A stretch of 64,000 bases of DNA, from contig JAOTVC010000001.1 of assembly GCA_029863585.1 (NCBI GenBank), forward strand, positions 2,704 to 66,703, written 5' to 3'. Position numbers and translations under genes: made by a program. Shown one piece after another: positions 1-9,436 of this stretch. Each line of letters opens with the position of its first letter. Positions within the stretch are counted from its first letter, which is position 1. The DNA comes from Alphaproteobacteria bacterium. GTDB taxonomy: Bacteria; Pseudomonadota; Alphaproteobacteria; SMXQ01. The notes under the pieces were generated by a model, which saw only the letters and a list, made by a program, of their open reading frames with translations, was not told where the DNA came from and ran no database searches.

Positions 1-51
1 CTGGCGCTGCGCCTGATCTGGGTCGCGGCCCGGGAGGCCGGCGTATTTTGA
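1..51 (+). CDS. 3' end of an unidentified CDS (partial, begins upstream of window)
   Basis: Frame 1 is open from base 1 to TGA at 49-51. 14 of 16 codons end in G/C, like the confident genes here. Too short to assign a family. Confidence 0.3.
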   Translation: MALRLIWVAAREAGVF

Positions 52-61
52 CCCGATTTCC

Positions 62-1099
62 TTATCGCTCACGGGGCCAAGGGTAGCCTCGGGAATCGAT
101 CCGCCAGTCGGTGAAGGCGTAGGCGTGCGGATTGGGCACCCCGGCGGCGAAATGCCAGGAGTTGTCGCGTCCGAAGCGAATCAGGGTCTGCATCATCGTC
201 AGGTCGAGTGCCCAGCCCGCCGCCGTTTTCCGGAAGAAGAACGGCGCGCATTGGCGTTTGTCTACGGCGTACCGGATCGTGGCCTGAGTGCCCCTGGGGC
301 CAAGCCGCGTCTCGCTCGTGCCGCAGCGCGCGTATGTCCGCGCCACGGAATCCATCTGTGCCGGGGTCACCACCCAGCGGCGCAGCATGGCTTGCGTTTC
401 CGGCGTGTAGATCGGGAGATCCCGGGCCGCGTTCCGATCTCGCATGGCGCGAAGATAGGCGGCGAGTGTTTCACCGGGCGTCGCGCCCGGAGCGACACGC
501 GGACCCGGCCGCTTCTGCTGTGATGACCCGGGGACCTTCGCCGGGGTTCCGATGCGCGCGCGTGTCTTTGCCCCGCCGCCGCCGCTCCCCAGATACCAGG
601 CTTCGCCCGCGAAGCCGGCATTGGCCTTGGCCCGCTGGGCGCGCGCCACGATCAGCTCGGTTGCCGCCAGGATGCCATCGGCGATGCGCTCGGTGCGAAA
701 GAAGGGCACCATCTGGCGTTGTTCCAGGTAGCCTACGAACGCGTCGGGATAGACGCCCTCCAGGTTGGAGGACACTTCAAGGCGGACCAGGTCTTGCGCG
801 GCGTCGATCACCAGGAGGAGGCCGCGGCCGCTCCGGCCCCGCGCGCCGACTCCGTCGGTCTTGAAACGGGCCGCGGCAAAGGTGTTGATGTCGCCCAACC
901 TGTTTCCCGTCACCACGCGATAATCGATATCGTGATCCTTGAGAAGGAAGCGGTGATGCCGGTCGAGAAGGTCTTTGTCCGCCCGGGTTATCAGGATGGC
1001 GGCATCGTCCACCAAAGGCGCCTCGCCGCATGCCGCCGCAGCCATGAGCGGCAGTGCGGCGAGGACGAGCCGCTCAAGGAATTTTGAATTCCGGCGCAT
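62..1099 (-). CDS. TPM-domain lipoprotein (TLP18.3/Psb32-type fold)
   Basis: 345-aa ORF with a signal peptide and lipobox-like LMAAAAC. GRGLLLVIDAAQDLVRLEVSSNLEGVYPDAF fits the TPM pattern. It lies directly downstream of lemA (the usual LemA-TPM pairing) and overlaps the lemA stop by 26 nt. Confidence 0.75.
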   Translation of the reverse strand: MRRNSKFLERLVLAALPLMAAAACGEAPLVDDAAILITRADKDLLDRHHRFLLKDHDIDYRVVTGNRLGDINTFAAARFKTDGVGARGRSGRGLLLVIDAAQDLVRLEVSSNLEGVYPDAFVGYLEQRQMVPFFRTERIADGILAATELIVARAQRAKANAGFAGEAWYLGSGGGGAKTRARIGTPAKVPGSSQQKRPGPRVAPGATPGETLAAYLRAMRDRNAARDLPIYTPETQAMLRRWVVTPAQMDSVARTYARCGTSETRLGPRGTQATIRYAVDKRQCAPFFFRKTAAGWALDLTMMQTLIRFGRDNSWHFAAGVPNPHAYAFTDWRIDSRGYPWPRER

Positions 1100-2000
1100 T
1101 TCGCGCTTCCGCGTCGGATTGAAAATAGGCCTTTCTCTTGAAGCCGCCGGCCCGGGCGACCAGGGACCCGGGCATTTGCCGGATGGCCCCGTTGTACGCG
1201 CTCACCGCCTCGTTGAAACGAATTCGCGCCAGGTTGATCCGGTTTTCGGTCCCCTCGAGCTGGGCCTGAAGCTGAAGGAACTGATCGGATGAGCGCAGGT
1301 CGGGGTATTGCTCCGCGATGGCGACGATGGCGCCGATCCGCCCGCCGACCTGGGTCTGGGCGGCGAGCAGGGTCTTAAGGACCTCGTCTTTCTCCAGAAG
1401 GTCGCGCCCCTGGCCCTTGAGAAGGGTCACCGACTCCTTCTGTGCCTTGGCCAGGCCGTCGACCGCCTTGGCCAGGGCCGCGGTGCCCTCACTTCGCTTG
1501 CCCGTCACGGACTCCAAGGTCTCCTTTTCGTGGCGCGTGTACCGCGACACCGTTTCGATCAGAACCGGGATCAGGTCGCTGCGGCGCTGGAAATTGCTTT
1601 CGGTTTGGGCCCAGGCTTGGAAAACGCGTTCCTCCTTGGAGACCAGGCCGTTATGCAGCCAGACCCAGGCGATCAAAGGCACGATCAGGAATACGGCAAC
1701 CCCGATCATGCCCGAAAGAGACTTGTTCATTTCGCCATACCCTCCTGGTTGGTTGAGTGAACGGGTAACATCCTGGATCGTGCCGTCTTCGGCGCCACTC
1801 CAGGGAAAAATCAGATAGGCAAGGACTGCGAGCACCGCGACGCCGACGGCGACATAAGGCAAATTGCGCCGGCCCGCAGGCCGAGGCGTGTCGGTCGCCA
1901 CCTTCTCGAAGCTTTGAAAACTTTGACGCAGCATCTCGGCCTGATCGGCCGACAGAATGCCCTCGTCCTCCATGCGCAGGATGCGGTCTTCAGATGACAC
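1074..2000 (-). CDS. lemA: LemA family membrane protein with extended N-terminus
   Basis: 308-aa ORF. The C-terminal ~180 aa carry LemA hallmarks (ERVFQAWAQTESNFQRRSDLIPVLIETVSRYTRHEKETL, IRFNEAVSAYN). It has two hydrophobic helices and an extra cytoplasmic N-terminal segment. Confidence 0.85.
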   Translation of the reverse strand: MSSEDRILRMEDEGILSADQAEMLRQSFQSFEKVATDTPRPAGRRNLPYVAVGVAVLAVLAYLIFPWSGAEDGTIQDVTRSLNQPGGYGEMNKSLSGMIGVAVFLIVPLIAWVWLHNGLVSKEERVFQAWAQTESNFQRRSDLIPVLIETVSRYTRHEKETLESVTGKRSEGTAALAKAVDGLAKAQKESVTLLKGQGRDLLEKDEVLKTLLAAQTQVGGRIGAIVAIAEQYPDLRSSDQFLQLQAQLEGTENRINLARIRFNEAVSAYNGAIRQMPGSLVARAGGFKRKAYFQSDAEARNAPEFKIP

Positions 2001-2349
2001 CGTTCATCTCCTTGACAAGGCGGGCGGCTTCTTCGGCGGACCGCCGCCCCGCTTCAACATCGTCGAGAAGCGCCGCCCCACGGGCCTGGTCCTCGGTTTC
2101 CAGCCGTCCCAATTCGGTGATCAGGCCATCGATCCTTTTGCGCAGCGTCGGGTAGCTGACCTCCAAGGCCTCCGCAACCTGCTTGAGGTTGCCGGCGGCC
2201 AGGATGATCCGCTCGGCAAGCTGGTAATTTGCGGTATCGAGCCGCGCCAGACGGGGCAGGGCGAAGTCCCCTTCATAACTGAGACCACAGCCGCCGCAGC
2301 GGGTTCTCGTGACCTGGAGGCCGGTTGAGCAGTTTATGCAATTACGCAT
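1990..2349 (-). CDS. DUF2089-type zinc-ribbon plus HTH protein
   Basis: 119-aa ORF with an N-terminal CxxC...CxxC (CINCSTG...CGGCG) followed by an HTH-like NLKQVAEALEVSYPTLRKRI. Overlaps lemA by 11 nt, so it is probably the first gene of the operon. Confidence 0.7.
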   Translation of the reverse strand: MRNCINCSTGLQVTRTRCGGCGLSYEGDFALPRLARLDTANYQLAERIILAAGNLKQVAEALEVSYPTLRKRIDGLITELGRLETEDQARGAALLDDVEAGRRSAEEAARLVKEMNGVI

Positions 2350-2476
2350 TTCTTAGGCCCATAATTATATAATCTGTAAATTTGATATCAGAAAAATGAA
2401 TAAAATGTAAAGATTTTCCTTTCCGGCCGGTTCGGTCCGACACCGTCCGATCCCGGCAGGGACACAAAATAACGAG

Positions 2477-2503
2477 AAACCGGGCCCTCTCGGGGCCCGG
2501 TTT
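2477..2503 (-). terminator. Rho-independent terminator downstream of the aldo/keto reductase gene
   Basis: AAACCGGGCCC / GGGCCCGGTTT 11-bp stem with a 5-nt loop. On the minus strand it is followed by TTTCTCGTTATTTTGT. It lies 42 nt after the AKR stop. Confidence 0.6.
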
Positions 2504-2544
2504 GAAGTGCTCCTGTGCAGGAAAGGGGCCGCCCGGCCCTAGGA

Positions 2545-3525
<981 letters not shown>

Positions 3526-3731
3526 GCTTCTCCCCGTCTGGTTGGCGGTTTGTGCCCCGTTCCGCCACTGGCATTCGGGGTCTCATCTGGTATTCTTGAC
3601 GCCAAGAGTAACAGAAAAACCTGCGCCGGGAGAGCTTCGAAGAATCCGAAAAGAGGGCCGGCACGCCGCGCTTCGGTCATGGGCGCGGTCGCGGGTCCGT
3701 GGCGTGAGATAACCGGGGGATCAGCAAACAT

Positions 3732-4694
3732 ATGAGCGAAATCTGGAGTGCCGAATACACAGCCGAGAAGGGCGACGTGCCGCTTTACATGTTCCGCAAG
3801 CACGAAGGCCCGCCCGATGCGGCCAATCCCCGCCCGGTCCTGTTCCTGGTCCACGGCTCTTCGTTCTCGGGGCCGTCCGGTTTCGACCTGACGGTGCCGG
3901 GGCGGGACGACTATTCCCTGATGGATGCGTTCGCGCGCCTGGGCTACGACGTCTGGACCCTGGATCACGAAGGCTATGGCCGCTCCGGGCGGACCGACGG
4001 CAACGCGCCCATTTCCGAAGGGGTCAACGACCTGATCGCCGGCATGGACGTGGTGGAGAAAGAGACCGGGCAGACCAGCCACTTCTTCTACGGCCAGTCG
4101 TCGGGCGCGCTGCGCGCCGCCTGTTTCGCCGCCGCCCGGCCCGAGACCGTCCGGCGCGTGGTACTGGACGCCTTCGTCTGGACCGGGGAGGGAGCTCCCA
4201 CCCTGATCGAACGCGCGAAGAAGCTCGACCAGTGGCGGGCGTCGAACATGCGCCCGGTCGACCGTGCTTTCTATCATTCGATCTTCAACCGGGACCTGCC
4301 GGGCACCTCGGAAGCGGCGGTGCCCGACGCGCTGGCCGATGCGGAATTGCAGCTCTGCTCCGAGGTGCCGACGGGGACGTATCTGGATATGTGCGCGCAT
4401 TTGCCGGTGGTGGATCCGCTGGATATCACCTGCCCGGTGTTGATCCTGCGCGGCGAACATGACGGCATCGCCACCGAGGAAGACCTGATCGCCTTCTTCC
4501 AGCTCTTGCCCAACCAGGACAAGCAGTTCTCCATCATCGCCGGCCAGGCCCATGTGGCGCCGCTGGGCCTCAACCGCCGGCGCTTCTGGCACGTCATGGA
4601 TGGGTTCTTCAAGATGCCGGCGCGCCGGGACCCCTATGAGGACGAAGACCGCCAGAAGATCGAAGAGCGCAGGCGCGCCGGAGGCCGGTCATGA
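3732..4694 (+). CDS. alpha/beta-fold hydrolase (tandem paralog 1)
   Basis: 320-aa ORF with oxyanion region LFLVHGSSFSG, nucleophile elbow GQSSG, acid EHDGIAT and His in GQAHVA. ATGA start/stop overlap with the next gene. Confidence 0.8.
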   Translation: MSEIWSAEYTAEKGDVPLYMFRKHEGPPDAANPRPVLFLVHGSSFSGPSGFDLTVPGRDDYSLMDAFARLGYDVWTLDHEGYGRSGRTDGNAPISEGVNDLIAGMDVVEKETGQTSHFFYGQSSGALRAACFAAARPETVRRVVLDAFVWTGEGAPTLIERAKKLDQWRASNMRPVDRAFYHSIFNRDLPGTSEAAVPDALADAELQLCSEVPTGTYLDMCAHLPVVDPLDITCPVLILRGEHDGIATEEDLIAFFQLLPNQDKQFSIIAGQAHVAPLGLNRRRFWHVMDGFFKMPARRDPYEDEDRQKIEERRRAGGRS

Positions 4695-5602
4695 GCGAGA
4701 TGTGGTCATCGGAATACCGGGCCCACAAGGGCGATGTCGGCCTGCATGTGTGGCGCAAGCGGATCGGTGCGCCCAACGCCGGCCAGGCGGACAAGCCGCT
4801 CCTGTTCCTGGTCCATGGATCGTCGTTCTCCGGCCGTTCGGGGTTCGACCTGCAGGTCCCCGGCAAGCCCGGATATTCGATGATGGAAGCCTTCGCGGAA
4901 TGGGGGTTCGACGTCTGGCTGATGGATCACGAGGGCTACGGGCGCTCCGACTGGGGCGAGGGCGCCTTCGCTTATGTCAAAGAGGGCGTCGACGACCTCA
5001 AGGCGGCGATGGAGGTGATCGAGACCGCGACGGGCCATGCCAAGGTCTCCATGTATGGCGGGTCGTCGGGCGCCTTGCGCGCCGCCTGCTTCGCCGCCGC
5101 CTGCCCGGAGAATGTCGACCGCCTGGCGCTGGCCGCCATGGTCTATACCGGCCAGGGCTCACCGACCCTGGCCAAGCGGGCGGAAAAGCTCGATGAATGG
5201 CGGTCGTCGAACAAGCGGGCGGTGGATCACGCTTTCTTCGCCTCGATCTTCAACCGAGACAAGCCCGGCACGGCGGAGGACGAGGTGGCGGTGGCGCTGG
5301 CCGATTCGGAAGCGGCGCTCTGTACCCATGTGCCGACCGGCACCTATATCAACATGTGCGCGCATCTGCCCCTGGTGGAGCCCGAGGACGTGAAATGCCC
5401 GACGCTGCTGGTGCGGTCCGAGCATGACGGCATCGCGACCGACGCGGACGTGATGGAATTCTGGGCACGACTGCCTAACAAGGACAAGCAGTTCACCCAG
5501 ATGGACGGCCAGTCCCATGCGGCGGCCCTGGGGCTCAACCGCTGGCGCTTCTGGCACGTGCTCAAGACGTTCTTCGCCATGCCGCCGCGCTGCGACGTGT
5601 AG
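4691..5602 (+). CDS. alpha/beta-fold hydrolase (tandem paralog 2)
   Basis: 303-aa ORF collinear with the upstream hydrolase along its whole length (LFLVHGSSFSG, GGSSG, EHDGIAT, GQSHAA). Confidence 0.8.
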   Translation: MSEMWSSEYRAHKGDVGLHVWRKRIGAPNAGQADKPLLFLVHGSSFSGRSGFDLQVPGKPGYSMMEAFAEWGFDVWLMDHEGYGRSDWGEGAFAYVKEGVDDLKAAMEVIETATGHAKVSMYGGSSGALRAACFAAACPENVDRLALAAMVYTGQGSPTLAKRAEKLDEWRSSNKRAVDHAFFASIFNRDKPGTAEDEVAVALADSEAALCTHVPTGTYINMCAHLPLVEPEDVKCPTLLVRSEHDGIATDADVMEFWARLPNKDKQFTQMDGQSHAAALGLNRWRFWHVLKTFFAMPPRCDV

Positions 5603-5620
5603 GGGCCGGGGCGCCCGGCC

Positions 5621-6538
5621 ATGGTCGTGACCGCACCGCCTGCCCCTTCGCTTCCCGTCGCCCTGCCGCCTGATCCCAATACGCGCCCGCCGCGCTGGGT
5701 GGTGCCGGCGGGCGCCTGCGACACCCATTTCCACGTCTTCGGGCCCCCCGACCGCTTCCCCTTCGCGGCCACGCGCCGTTATGAGCCGCCGGCGGCCCCG
5801 GTCGAGCATTACTGGAACGTGCAGAAAATCACCGGGCTATCCCGGGCCGTCGCCGTGCAGCCGACGGCACATGGTTTCGACAACGCCGCCATCCTCGACG
5901 CCGTGGCCCGATCGGAGGGGCGGATGCGCGGCGTCGTCTGCATCGACGAAACGGTCACCGATGCCCAGCTTGCGGACATGAAGGCGGCCGGCGCGCGCGG
6001 GGCGCGGGTTTCCCTGATGTCGGACCGGACCGGAAGCACGGCGGCCATCGAAAGCCAGCTCGCCCGGATCGAGGCGATGGGCTGGTCGCTGGTGCTGCAT
6101 ATCGAGCCGCAATTCTTCCTCGCCCACGAAGACTTCATCCGCGCCCTGCCGGTCGCCACCGTCATTGATCACATGGCGCGCATCGATCCGGGCGCCGGGC
6201 TGGATCAGCCGGCGTTCCAGTTGTTGCTGGATCTTCTGGGCGATGACCGCTTCTGGACCAAGATCTGCTGCGTCGACAAGATCAGCACCCGGCCCCAGGC
6301 GCGGGTGGAGGCCGGCCTGCCGTTCGAAGACGTCATTCCTTTCGCCCGCGCCGTGATCGCCCGCGCGCCTGATCGCGTCATCTGGGGTTCGGATTGGCCC
6401 CACGGCAACACCTTCACCCCGGGGCGCACGCCGAACGAAGGCGATCTTCTGGACCTGGTTGCCGAGTTTGCGCCGGACGACGCCCAGCGCCGGGCCGTCC
6501 TGGTCGATAACCCGGCGCGGCTCTACGGCTTCGACTGA
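5621..6538 (+). CDS. amidohydrolase-2 family protein, LigI-like lactonase
   Basis: 305-aa ORF. The N-terminal CDTHFHVFGP metal-binding motif and C-terminal VIWGSDWPH are typical of the 2-pyrone-4,6-dicarboxylate lactonase subgroup. Confidence 0.8.
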   Translation: MVVTAPPAPSLPVALPPDPNTRPPRWVVPAGACDTHFHVFGPPDRFPFAATRRYEPPAAPVEHYWNVQKITGLSRAVAVQPTAHGFDNAAILDAVARSEGRMRGVVCIDETVTDAQLADMKAAGARGARVSLMSDRTGSTAAIESQLARIEAMGWSLVLHIEPQFFLAHEDFIRALPVATVIDHMARIDPGAGLDQPAFQLLLDLLGDDRFWTKICCVDKISTRPQARVEAGLPFEDVIPFARAVIARAPDRVIWGSDWPHGNTFTPGRTPNEGDLLDLVAEFAPDDAQRRAVLVDNPARLYGFD

Positions 6539-6548
6539 GGGGCGGGCG

Positions 6549-7478
6549 TTGATCCTCGCACTGAAATCCGGCCGCCTGTCCGCGCAAGATTGGATCGAGG
6601 CGTTCGCCGCCAAGATGCCGGAGCTCGAGGTCCGGGTGTGGCCCGATTGCGGCGACCGGGCGGAGGTCGATGTGCTGTTCACCACCCGCATCCCCAAGGG
6701 CGAGGTCGCGAGCTTCCCCAACCTCAAGTTCGTGGCCCTGGTGGCGGCGGGGGCCGACCGCTTCCTCGCCGATCCCGATATCCCGGCCCACCTTCCGATC
6801 GTGCGCGCCTACAACCCGGAACAGGCCCTGACCATGAAGGCCTGGGTGGTCTATCAGGTGATCCGCCACCACCGGGAAATGCCGCAATACGAGGCCGACC
6901 AGAAGGCGCATCGATGGGACCGGCGGCCGGTGCTCCAGCCGCGTTTCGTGCGCGTCGGCGTCATGGGGCTGGGCCAGTTGGGCGGCGCGGCGGCGCGATC
7001 GCTCGCCGACCTCGGCTACGACGTCGCCGGCTGGTCGCGGGGCGGGCGGGGGATCGAGGGCGTGGACGATTTCATCGGCCCCGACGGCCTCATGGCGTTT
7101 CTTGCCCGAACGGAGATCCTGATCGGCATCCTGCCGTTCACCCGGGAGACCGATCGCCTGTTGGATGGGCCGGCATTCGCCGCCCTGCCCAAGGGGGCTT
7201 ATGTGATCAATTGCGGGCGCGGCGAATTGATCGTCGAGAAGGACCTGCTGGCGGCCCTCGATTCAGGCCATCTGTCCGGCGCCGCCCTCGATGTCTTCCG
7301 GCAAGAGCCGCTGCCCGCCGATCACGTGTTCTGGGATCATCCCAAGATCACCGTGACACCGCACAATTCCTCGACCTCAAGCGCCTGGGGCGCGGTCGAT
7401 ATCGTGATCGAGAACATCCGGCGCTATCAAAACGGCGAGCCCCTGCGCGCCACCATCGACCGGCAGGCGGGCTACTAA
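6549..7478 (+). CDS. D-2-hydroxyacid dehydrogenase (GhrA-like glyoxylate/hydroxypyruvate reductase)
   Basis: VGVMGLGQLGGAAA Rossmann motif plus NCGRGELIVEKDLLAAL...AALDVFRQEPLP...ITVTPHNS. I moved the start to TTG 6549, which is preceded by GAGGGGCGGG. The ORF-track ATG at 6459 lies inside the upstream gene. Confidence 0.8.
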   Translation: MILALKSGRLSAQDWIEAFAAKMPELEVRVWPDCGDRAEVDVLFTTRIPKGEVASFPNLKFVALVAAGADRFLADPDIPAHLPIVRAYNPEQALTMKAWVVYQVIRHHREMPQYEADQKAHRWDRRPVLQPRFVRVGVMGLGQLGGAAARSLADLGYDVAGWSRGGRGIEGVDDFIGPDGLMAFLARTEILIGILPFTRETDRLLDGPAFAALPKGAYVINCGRGELIVEKDLLAALDSGHLSGAALDVFRQEPLPADHVFWDHPKITVTPHNSSTSSAWGAVDIVIENIRRYQNGEPLRATIDRQAGY

Positions 7479-7493
7479 CGGCGGCGGCGGGGA

Positions 7494-7514
7494 GGCCGGG
7501 GATATTCCCCGGCC
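7494..7514. terminator. GC hairpin between convergent genes (possible bidirectional terminator)
   Basis: GGCCGGGG-ATATT-CCCCGGCC lies between the stop of the dehydrogenase (7478) and the stop of the Bug gene (7525). There is no clear U-tract. Confidence 0.35.
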
Positions 7515-7524
7515 CCGAGCGGCC

Positions 7525-8808
7525 CTACTTGCAGGTGATCTTCGTGGCCAGGTCTTTTTCGCCGAAATGGCGGAAGTCGCAGGCCATGCCCACCTTGAGC
7601 GCCTTGGTCTTGGCCTTCTTGCCGCCGACCGTCACCTTCGAACGCCGGTTATGAATCTTGAAGACGTGGGTCTTGCCGTCCTCTCCCTGCACCGAAATGC
7701 TCTTCTTGGAAAGCTTGGCGATGGTGCCCGCGAGCTTCTTGAGCTTGACCTTGGTGATCTTGCCGATCTCGAGCGCCTTGCTTGCCCGGGCCACCACATT
7801 CTTCGGGTAGGACAGGAAGCGGGCGACCAGTTGGTCGACCTCATCGCCGCTCATGGGCGCGATGTTGAGCTTGCGCCGCTTGGCGTGTTTCAGGAAGGCC
7901 GGGTCCTTCATGGTCGCCATGAAGGCCGCACGCAGGGCCTTGGCGCGCTCAGGGGGCAGCGACGGCGGCGCGGCCAGCGGCCGGCCCAGCGTCTGGCGGC
8001 CGAAGATCAGCTCCATCGCCTTGCGGTCCTCCTCGTTCCGGGCGAAGTCGTAGATATGGGGCACTCCCTTGAGCTCCGGCGTCGGTTCAAACCCGTTCTG
8101 GACGATCACGATGAGGCGGCCCGACTGCCAGTCGCCTAGGCGCACGGACTTCAGGGTCGAAAGCGCCATGGCGCAGCTGCCCTGGACCTCGCCCCGCTGC
8201 ATGGCGAGCAACACGCCGGTGCCACCGGCATAGCCGTGGATTACCTGGGCCCGCGTGCCGATCAGCGCGTTCATGGCGCGGGGATACTCGCTCAGAACGC
8301 CGGTGGCGCCGCTGGCGCCGAAGATCGACGGGCGCGCGATGATGTCCTTGACGCTCTTGATCCCGGACGTGTGCCACATCGCGCAGGTGCCGATGGACCT
8401 TTCCATGTTGCCGATCCAGGTGAACTTGGCGGTATCGAAGCGCGCCTTCTTGTTGCCGAACAGTGGCGAGAACAGGGATCCTGCGCTGAACGCGCCCATG
8501 GCCGTGCCGTCGCGCGGCGCGGAATTGTAAATATAGTTTGCCGCGCGCAGGCTCGAGGCGCCGGGCATGTTCTTGATGATGACCTTGGGGGAGCCTGGAA
8601 TGTGGTTGCTGATATGGGCGCCGACGGTGCGGGCATAGCTGTTGTAGCCGCCGCCCGGCGGGAAGCCGATGACCAGCGAGATGCTCTTGCCCTTGTAGAA
8701 GTCGCCGACCGCGTCGGCGGCGGCGGGCGCGACAAGCGCCCAGGCGGACGCGGCGAAAACCGATAGGGCAAGTGCGCCGCGCGCAGAATTTCGGATGTCT
8801 TTGAACAT
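7525..8808 (-). CDS. Bug/TctC-like periplasmic solute-binding protein with ~80-aa C-terminal extra domain
   Basis: 427-aa ORF with a signal peptide (ALVAPAAADA) and GFPPGGGYNSYARTVG (the GGG.D/N loop of the TTT binding-protein fold). Paralog of 61018-62133. No adjacent tctAB. Confidence 0.7.
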   Translation of the reverse strand: MFKDIRNSARGALALSVFAASAWALVAPAAADAVGDFYKGKSISLVIGFPPGGGYNSYARTVGAHISNHIPGSPKVIIKNMPGASSLRAANYIYNSAPRDGTAMGAFSAGSLFSPLFGNKKARFDTAKFTWIGNMERSIGTCAMWHTSGIKSVKDIIARPSIFGASGATGVLSEYPRAMNALIGTRAQVIHGYAGGTGVLLAMQRGEVQGSCAMALSTLKSVRLGDWQSGRLIVIVQNGFEPTPELKGVPHIYDFARNEEDRKAMELIFGRQTLGRPLAAPPSLPPERAKALRAAFMATMKDPAFLKHAKRRKLNIAPMSGDEVDQLVARFLSYPKNVVARASKALEIGKITKVKLKKLAGTIAKLSKKSISVQGEDGKTHVFKIHNRRSKVTVGGKKAKTKALKVGMACDFRHFGEKDLATKITCK

Positions 8809-8919
8809 GGTTTGAAGCCTCCCGCGTTGTTCTCGCGCGGCGGGCCGAACCGCCGGCAGGAATTGGGCCCCGGCGCCCGGTTGGTCCGGGACTTGGCCAG
8901 AGCGGTATTGGGCCGGATG

Positions 8920-9412
8920 CTACCAAGCCCGGGCCTCCGGCACAATCGCCGCCCTTGTCGCGCGATTTCGACGGGGTGAGGGAAACCGGTCGAGATGGGC
9001 AAGGGCCCGGGGGCAAGGCATGGTGCAGGAACTGCCTGGGTTCGCGCAATCAGAGGCCTTCGTGGCCGCGAGATTCCGCCTCCGATGTCAGGACAGAGGA
9101 CGGTAAGGGAACGAGCGTCGCTTGCCAGCCCGGCCACCAGCGCTTCGCCTTCGCGGCGGTGTGCGCCAGGAAGGCCGCGCGGTCCGAATAGCCGTGGGAA
9201 TCGAAGAGGGTGTCGCCGCGGGCGCGGAAAATGTGGTTGCCACCGAATCCTTCCGCCGGCTATTGCCAGAGCGGAGAGAAACCACTCTCGGGATGGCGGT
9301 CGAGAAAAGCGCGGGCCAGGAGATGACAGGCCCCGCAGGCAACGAAGGCCGGGTCGGGCAGCGCCCAGCGCCGAACCGGATCGTCTCTTATTCCAGGGGC
9401 GAGGACGTACAT
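8920..9412 (-). pseudogene. decayed small conserved ORF (in-frame TAG and TGA plus one frameshift)
   Basis: From ATG 9412 the frame reads MYVLAPGIRDDPVRRWALPDPAFVACGACHLLARAFLDRHPESGFSPLWQ, then TAG (9260-9262), then PAEGFGGNHIF...HGYSDRAAFLAHTAAKAKRWWPGW...HEGL, then TGA (9050-9052), then LREPRQFLHHALP. A +1 shift in a GCCCCCGGGCCC run then gives ALAHLDRF... to TAG 8920-8922. Third codon positions stay strongly G/C across the stops. Confidence 0.5.
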
Positions 9413-9436
9413 CGTTTGCGGCCGCGTCCGTCTGCC

